The notes beneath the pieces are model-generated. The model was not told where the DNA came from, searched no databases, and worked only from the letters and a program-made list of their open reading frames with translations. 64,000 nucleotides of DNA. Origin: Sphagnum compactum (taxonomy: Eukaryota). Each line of letters starts with the position of its first letter. Position 1 is the stretch's first letter. Shown here in pieces: positions 53,440-64,000 of the stretch. Location: NCBI GenBank assembly GCA_965153455.1, contig OZ234493.1, positions 21,380,213 to 21,444,212 on the forward strand, read 5' to 3'. Position numbers and translations under genes: made by a program.

Positions 53440-54740
53440 TTGTGAGCTTATGCATTTGATATTGCTAACATGGGTACTCCAATATCTTTCTCAGAAAATT
53501 TTGGATAGCTAGTAGCTTGTTTCATTTTTGGACAATCATTTGTTCCCTTGGCACTCCTTGGCAAAATGTAAGTGATTTGTGAATTATGGTTCCTTTATGT
53601 TTTGCCTTTACCTCACATTTTAAAATCATATATTTTGTTTTGTTTTCATTTTCAAATGTGAAGTACTACTAGTTATTTTCATAGACAAGACACAAACACA
53701 AGGGAATGAACTATCTACATGAGTACAAATCAAAAGCCATTATTCATTGCGACCTTAAACCTAGGTGAAGGCTGACATCAATTGCTTGTGATTTCCATGT
53801 CAATGATGTGAAATCAACTCTAATGTGGTATGGAGATCGATTCAAATTAGTTCTCATAATGATCATTTTTACAATTGTTGATCAAGTATTGGGCACATTT
53901 AAGGGGTCTCCCACAAACAAAAAACATTGAAATAAAACATCTTGGCCTTCACACATGTTTAAAAGAATCAAATGATAGTTCTTGGAATTGACAATTTTTT
54001 GTGTTTGATTGGATGGACTTGGAATATATTCAACAATGTGCTCATGTTTGTATATTTGATTTGGTTGCTAAAGTTGAGGTATGGGAAGGGATTGGCTTGA
54101 TTTTGAGAGTTGTCATGATTCTATAGAGAGGTCTAACAATCTATTGAGGGATGTTAAGCACTTGAAGATGGTTGATTTTGGGCTCAACCTTTCCACCCTT
54201 GACCTAGACACCAATGATTACAAAATATTCAAACAAAAGGTTGCCTCTTGTAAGTAACTTCCAATGTTGCAGAAAACCAAGTTACAATGTACCACCACAT
54301 ACACCTATGTTATATTTCATGTCAATAATAACATTGTGGCATTGGTGGTTACGTTGTGTGCCTCAATTACAAATTTTGAATGGATGGTTAGGTGGTGGTG
54401 AATTAAATGTGAGGAGAACCTCACCTTGTAGGTTACTATGTGACACCAGAGCTTATCAAGATTGCCCATACAATAAGTGTGTTGATGTATTCTCCTTTGC
54501 TTTGATTGTTCAAGAGGTCTTATTCTTGCACTTCTATCTATATATCTTGTTTAGTAATATGTAGCAACTTTCTCTAGCATAAGTTTTATGTTGGTGTCAT
54601 CTTTGTAAATTGGTGGCATTCACAAATCTACCCAAGTTTGGTGTTGATGCAAGCTTGTACTTTAAACTCACAATATTAAATAGTAGTTTTTAAAACTTGA
54701 TAGATGCAATTTATAAATGATGGAAGGATTTGCCCATTTG
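53440..54740 (+). pseudogene. ILK/VIK-type Raf-like protein kinase pseudogene fragment
   Basis: Exon remnants: YAFDIA (~53450); GMNYLHEYKSKAIIHCDLKP|gt (53703-53764); NLLRDVKHLKMVDFGL (~54138-54186); frameshifted YVTPE...PYNKCVDVFSFALIVQE|gt (~54432-54516); MMEG (~54717). Confidence 0.8.
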
Positions 54741-55739
54741 AATCACAAAAATTTGAATCAATTGAATCATATACTCAATAGTTATCATGATATTATTAAA
54801 TGTTCTATTATATGTGCTATGATTGGTTGTTTTATGTGATAAAACCAAGACAAAGTTATTGTAAACTTAGTTCTTTTTCATCTTTGATGCAACATTGTTA
54901 CCTTAAAAGGTTTGTTTGAATATACAAGAAATTGTTCAGGTGCAAATCCAAATATGAAGGTTATCATTTTGGTCATTCTCAATGTGGAAAATATTGAATG
55001 TCTTGAACTTCTTGGTTACTTGAACATTTTAACTAGTACTAAGGTAAGTTGAATTTGTTCTGTCCGTTAGAACCTTGACCCTTTCCTTTAAAGGAAAATT
55101 GTAGTTAGGCCGGTATGGGTTAAATGGGGTAAAATGTATCAAGTAACAAATGTATCATCCATCTTGCATGGTGCACTGGTTCACTCTGACCCCACAATTG
55201 GATATACTTGGCACTCCAAAGAAGTGAAAAGTTTGCTATACTCTCATGAAAACCCCACCATGAAGACCTCTGGTTAGCAGCACATTAAGATACTCTTGCA
55301 CTTTGACCTACAAGACCCACCAATGAAAATACAAATTGAAGAATGTAACAATTTCTTAAGCTCAGTATCCACAACCTCCTTGATAAGCTCAAGATAAGTG
55401 AGTCACATATTCTTCTTCAAAGCTTGTTAATGGGAATAGTTTACAGACTAAAGACACAGAATGGCAGTATATTTAGAGAATATAGAATGATATAATTGCA
55501 ATGATTACGTGTCCTAAATGCTGCCATGTTCTCTCTTAAGAAATGACATATGGGGTACACATGAATGTTGCCTTCAAAGAGGTCAGGTAAGAGATTGCCG
55601 ATTATGCAGGATGCAACATGGTTGATAGAATGTGATGAAAACATGGCACCTTGGTTGTTTAGGACCATCCCAAGCTTCTGGACATCTTTCCAAGACCAAT
55701 GCACTGGTACTGAATCTGAGAGATGGCAGGATTAAGTAA

Positions 55740-56210
55740 GAAAATAACTCACAAGCTTATACAGTTCCATTTAATGAAATAGAAGAGTCTGACTTCAGAA
55801 TATGTCTCCATTGTTCACTGTAATCCATCCTGTCCTAATAATACCGCCAAACTTCTGTTATTTGACCTCATGACAATTCCAGGAAAGATGATCTTATGAG
55901 AAAAAAAACCTCTGATGTGCAGACAGAAAGAGAGAGGAACATAGCTGAGTCAAAATTAGATCTGGTAACCAAAAGAGCACATCAAGAGCAGAGTATGATC
56001 AGTGTTATACCTGAGCATCTTCATCAATGAGTCTGCCTCATCCAGAATTATAATCTTGAGAGGGGGGACTTGGATATCCACTCCACAGAGATCCACAAAC
56101 AATATCTGTGTTTGAGAGATAAACCACAATAGCTGCAAAGTCTGATCTTCATTTGCAGAACAATAATACCACAATCACCACTGGCGATTTTCTACCCTTG
56201 TAAGCTCTGG
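55740..56210 (-). pseudogene. Replication factor C small subunit (RFC4-like) pseudogene fragment
   Basis: PPLKIIILDEADSL (Walker B, ~56025-56070), LQ*TMETYSEVR (ALRRTMETYS motif, ~55790-55825), PEL..R (~56195-56212). Stops and frameshifts; may extend 55340-56520. Confidence 0.75.
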
Positions 56211-56986
56211 ACTGTTCATGAAAAGACCATTGAAGCATTGTGAACCCACATCAAAATTCATTCAGTAAAGCACTGCAAACTATGAATGCAGTAATCTCTT
56301 CTCAGACATTATCAAATCCACTCTTACAAGCACACATCAGGGGCCATGTCTCCTGCTGTCATCAATCTTCTTGCGTATCATGGAGCTCACTTTTACTTCA
56401 AAATACCAAGCCTCATCTGCTCCCAGAAGCTTTCACCACATATGTCAAGTGTGTATCCACAGTCTTCGACATCTTTAAATTTGCACATGATCTAAACTGG
56501 GTGTTGAAGTGCTGGTCAGTTCAGTTGTGAGAATTTCACACAAGTCAAAGCAAAATAGCATTGGCTAAATCAGAAACTAAAATTGGGTTACTAGTTGTTC
56601 GAAACAGCATCATACACAAGTAGATGGGGCAGACCAGTTGCTTTTCATGCACAAATGAGGGTATGTGCACAACCATGGAATACTGTCTCTCGTTAATTGA
56701 GAGCTAGACTACCTCCTAGGTTGAAACATATATTCCAATCCTTCAATAGAAAAGAAACAATGTTACCCTGGGCCTGAACACATTTTGAATATGAAAATGT
56801 GCACACAAAGTAATGCACAACAAAATTGCATATTGTGACTTCTTTTCAGCTTCAGATTCTACTCAGGAGTCAGCCCTTGCAGCAAGTAACTTGGGAAGTC
56901 AGGGCATCCAGCCTTAATTCCAACAGAACCATAAATTCTAACTGAAGCTTGTTTGTTAGAACCTGTAAGAACCATTTATGTCCCCC

Positions 56987-59413
<2,427 letters not shown>

Positions 59414-59914
59414 TTTGGTTCCTTCACCACACCAAAATAAAAACCACAAAAAAATTTCCTCGACCACCAAAAAAAGAAATCTGAATCTCCGTCAAACCCA
59501 AGATCTCCTTCTCGACACAATTTGATCAAAGTGATCGGTGAACAAGACGCACAAAAAACGACCGCGCGCGCACGCACACGCACTACACTCTTCTGTCGCT
59601 CGCACTCGTAAATGGCCACTCGAGGGCCTTTGATGTGCCACTTTTGGGATATTAAATAGCCACTTCCGTGGTTCTTTAACAAAAGGGTTAGATTCAGTGT
59701 TTTTATTTTCTGACTAATTTCGTAGTTTTTTTTCTGACAAAACAAATTGGGAATTTTTTGGAACTCTTTGTTTTTTCTGGTGTAAATTCGATGAATTTTG
59801 CTAATTATTGGAAAATTGGCCAAATTTTCGATATCAAAGTTTTTTGGGGGAAAACCATAGTTAGATTGTCTAAACCTGATGCCTGAGCAGGGTTAATTCC
59901 CCCAGTTTTGTGAG

Positions 59915-60170
59915 GTAGGCGGACTTGCAAATCATCCACAAGAGGAATGAGCCAAATTTGGCTACAAGTCAGACAAGAAAGTAGAAAACAATTAGAATCC
60001 TCCTTAGTTTTGGCGACCTCTAGGAATGTGCCGTCTAAATATGGTGACTTCAGACTTTTTTTTCCTCAAAATACGGCGCAATTGCCGTATTTTTCTAAAA
60101 AGAATCCTTTTGTAGCATTCGCACTGGAGTCTTTTTTGTCGCCTATGGTGCCAAAATTCGCCACAAAGAA
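59915..60170 (+). repeat. Short interspersed repeat, copy 2
   Basis: atcatccacaagaggaatgagccaaatttggctac...; homologous to 27385-27630. Confidence 0.7.
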
Positions 60171-60815
60171 AACACATTCCTCAGACAGTAGACATTTTAT
60201 TTACAAATAAAAATTTATAATTTTGTTTAAATTTCTTCTAACTATTATAAATATCCAATGTTCATGGTGCGAAAATTCATCACAAGAAAAAAACACAGTC
60301 CTGAGACAGTAAAAAATTTATATACAAATAAAAAATTTATAATTTTATTTAAATTTCTTCTAAAGATTATAAATATCCAATGTTCATGGTGCCAAAGTTC
60401 GCCACAAATAAAACACAGTCCTCAGAGAGTAAAATTTTTATTTACAAATAAAATTTTATAAATATACTTTTATTGGCTTTTGTCCAGAGTGAGGAGAGCC
60501 TTGGCTGAACCAGAACCTACACTGGTTACTAGTACCATGGTAAAAACCCCAAAATACATTTAAATTTCTTCTAAATAATATAAATATCCCATGTTCATGG
60601 TGCGAAAATTCACCACACACAAAAATACAGTCCTGAGACAGCCAAAAAAAAATTTACAAATTTTTTTTTATAAATTTTTTTTTATCAGCTTTTTCTAGAG
60701 GGAAGAGCCTTGGGTGAACCAGAACCTACAATGGTTGGTTACTGGTACCATGGTAAAAACTAAAAACCCCAATATTCATTTAAATTGCTTCTAAATATTA
60801 TAAACATCCCATGTT
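60148..60815 (+). repeat. Compound tandem repeat (~120 bp units, then ~210 bp units)
   Basis: gtgcSaaa.ttc.Ycaca...acagtcctSagacag unit at ~60148, 60267, 60389 and 60600. gagccttgg.tgaaccagaacctaca..ggtt...gtaccatggtaaaaac at ~60496 and ~60705. Confidence 0.85.
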
Positions 60816-62769
60816 TAGAGTTTAGACTAAATCAGCACCTTTGGGTTCAAATCTAACATTTCTGAAGTTAATATGGTCACTAAAAGAGGCCTCACTGAAG
60901 AAGGTGAACATACCAGTGTAGGTGCCCTAGGCCTCATTTAGTATCATAATGTGGTTACACCTGATAATATGGACTGGAATATTTTAGTAGTAATAGTCAT
61001 GAATCCTGAAGCTATAGGGTACTTGGAACTCTAAATGAAACACCAAATAGGACACTATTGCATTAGTTGTACAAGAGATGGTGGTCACAAACATAATTTG
61101 GTTGGTTGAATGAAGAGAGAGAAGATCATGATGCAACTGTAGTCCAGAATTGTTTCTGGCTTTTTTTTTTTTAGGGTTTGTTGTGTGTAAAGGGTGTTGC
61201 CTATTCATATTCGAGCGATAGAAAACAGAACCGTAATTTGTATTGTATGTCCTTCAACTTAGGTGAAGCTGATTTGTGGAGCTTGACCACGATGTTGCAA
61301 GTTATGAAAGAGGGAAAGTCTAATGATATGCTCGGGTGTTTGTTGTTTGCTTGTGTGTGTGGTTGTAGATGCGCTGATGATGGAGTTGGAGGAGTTGCGG
61401 ATGGGAACAAAATGCAAATTCTTCTACTAGCTAAGTACCACTTTTTGCTACTACAATAGTTGTGATTTTCTCTACTCATTTTAGCTATAAGATTTGCCTT
61501 AATGATGGTCAATTATGTTTTGGTGTGGGATGAATGCCCAAAATTTGTGTTGTGCAAATACTGTTCATTTTAGAAATCTCCGTTACACATTTGAGGAAGT
61601 GAATGAGTATTTACATTTTTTAGTGTCTTTAGTTGCATCTCAATGGGAAGGATGACAAGTTGAAGGGGTCATTAGGCTAATCTAGATGTTGTTTTTCGGC
61701 CATGTTTGGTATACATGGTCAATGAGGTGCATTGTTTTACATGAAGGGAGGATTGAGTACCTAAGAGATTGGGAGCTTTGAGTTATATACCTATTTCCAA
61801 GGGAGGGAATTTTGGGTTAAGAAGGGAAAATCTGTGACTACCATGGATTTGGTTTTAAGCTTGTTGGTATCATCATGGGATGTTGTTCAATGCTAGTTTC
61901 GGAATTCAATTTGACGTTTGGGATGGATCTATAATGGGAAAGTGTGGACTCTTTTGTCAAGAGAAACACATCAAAAGATAATGATAGCCTACAAGAGAGG
62001 TGATCCGGAGTGAACTAATCCAATTGAATGCTTAATTGTTGTCTGATTAGAATTATGAAGAACATCATGAAGTAGTAAATCATGATTGTAAGTTATGTGT
62101 ACTCATGTGGGTAATAGTTAAATTCTGAAAAACTTTGGATCATTTATTTGTTGCGGTTGCACCATTTTTTTGGTTACACAACAAGATGTGGTGCCACTCA
62201 TGGCATTTTTGTTCATAACAAGCCTTTCTTTTTTGAAGTTGTGGTGTTTATGGACTTGTCATTGCCTTTGCCATTCACATTTGTGCAACATCATTGACAA
62301 ATCTGTTGCATATTGAAACATTTTGTTAAACATGTTTTGAAGAAACTAAGAAGGTTTGTAAGTAAGTTAAATATGCAAGACATGGTAGCATAGATGGTAG
62401 CAAGCCTTTAACTAAAAAGTTTTTTTAGTGCAAATGGTTGTAGCACATGAAATATTTTCATATTTTGACAAAGTCTACTTGGACCGATAGCTATTCTATA
62501 CGTTGTTTTAACCATACTAGCACCTTGAAAAGCCATGGAGACTAGTTTGTTGTTGACTAACCTTAGATTGTGGGTGCTTGCAAGATCAAACGAATGATTT
62601 CTCCACTTGGGTAGGTTTCAAATGACCATTTATGGGGGAGAAATGAAGGGCATCTAAATTTTCTCCAAGATAAAAGTTTTTTTTGGTAGTTTTTCATTCC
62701 TATGAGAGGAATGTTCATGGTTGTGGCCTTTAGTGTTTGGTTCCTAAATTTCCAAAAACTTTTGTTGCA

Positions 62770-62933
62770 TTGGAAATTGGGTGTAAGGATTCATGGGTTC
62801 ACTAAAGTAATATTAGGGTAGAAACGAATGATGGAGATGATGAAGATTCATAAGGGATTTTAAAAGTTGGAAATTGGGTGTAAGGATTCAAGGGTTCACT
62901 GAAATAATATTAGGGTAAAAACAAATGATGGAG
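62770..62933 (+). repeat. Tandem repeat, ~97 bp x 2
   Basis: ttggaaattgggtgtaaggattca.gggttcact.aa.taatattagggta.aaac.aatgatggag occurs twice. Confidence 0.9.
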
Positions 62934-63440
62934 CTACTAAAAGGATTTGAAATGATGTTATATTTTAGAATGAAATAACTAGGGCATAGAAACGTGTTAT
63001 GTTTCGTTTTCCCTAGTTTGTCATTCCTTATCCTTGTATTAACTAGTATGATCTAAGAATAGATCTTCCAATCAAAAATGCTAAAATATCCCTTGGACTA
63101 TTGGTAAGATATTTCCTTACAAATTTGAATACTTTTCATTTCCTTGATAGTGTGGAACCTCCTTAGCACATCATGGTCCAATAATCATCTCTAATGAACA
63201 ATTCAGGATTTCAAGGTATGTTGTGTTTTGTCACTAAGTTGAAACATTATCTTGTTTGAAGACATTAATAAAAATTCCTATACCACAAATCCAACCAGCA
63301 TGTGTTGGTTTTACCCCTACACATGGATCTATGCAGTTGTAGGAGTGATTTTGTTGGTCCCCAAGTCAATTGCAATAACTTGTCCAAAATAATCAATGTA
63401 TATATAATATTGACCTAATATTAATGAAAATTTCACAAGA

Positions 63441-63895
63441 TTCAATGTGGAGATAGTTGAATACAAAAACATCAATTTCATTTTATAGGATGTAGGATTT
63501 CAGAACAAGGTGCTTACACCATTCATTAATTTTTCTAACATCTCTCACTCATCTATAGTAGTTTTTTTGTCATGGATTTGAGTAGTGTTCAATGGTGAGG
63601 TAGCATTGAACATGAGTATTTGTAATTTTGTAATTGTGGATAACCATGCAAATCTCAGTTAATACAGGAGGCTATCACTTGTCTAAGTGTATGAGTTTTT
63701 AAAGGTGTAGATATTTTGATGGAAAGGGTATTGTCTCTTAGCTTAGCATTCATAACCAAAACACCTTGCTTATATGATGAAATTGTGTGATGTTATCCTC
63801 CTTGTATTTGCCAACAAGCAAGATTTATCAAATGTTATGAATGATGCAAAGATCATTCATAAGTTTGGGTTGGATTCACTATGTTAAACCCACTT
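63441..63895 (+). pseudogene. ADP-ribosylation factor (ARF1-like GTPase) pseudogene fragment
   Basis: FNVEIVEYKNINFIL*DVGFQNK|gt (63441-63509; cf. [23 protein letters not shown]) and [34 protein letters not shown] (~63783-63887; cf. [35 protein letters not shown]). Not in the ORF track. Confidence 0.88.
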
Positions 63896-64000
63896 GTAAA
63901 TTTCCTTCTATAAATTTTCTTAACACTAATCTATCCTTATGGTGTTGCTTGATGTTTATGGTGCTCAAAAATTTCCTAAGGTTGTCAAGTAGGTCCAAAA

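Overview
AT-rich, repeat-dense eukaryotic plant DNA with spliceosomal introns. The repeat families and a miR902-type locus suggest a moss, probably Sphagnum-like (inference). There is one clearly intact protein-coding gene: a 6-exon prostaglandin E synthase 2-like GST on the minus strand (59413-56987) with a GC-AG intron. The most interesting part is an ORF-free, CpG-retaining island at about 32.4-39.3 kb. It holds two convergent non-coding RNA clusters: a plus-strand tandem array of four miR902-like hairpins (34005-34674), and a minus-strand snoRNA cluster behind telo-boxes. The snoRNA cluster contains a U24-type C/D RNA, a C/D RNA predicted to guide U6 Am47, and weaker H/ACA candidates. The rest is decayed transposons (Ty1/copia, hAT, CRE-like RLE non-LTR element, chromodomain Ty3/gypsy, a young solo LTR with TSD, MITE-like elements) and several intron-containing pseudogene fragments (plastid RRF, ILK/VIK-type kinase, RFC4, ARF GTPase, one unidentified). 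All calls were made by eye, and TE boundaries are approximate.
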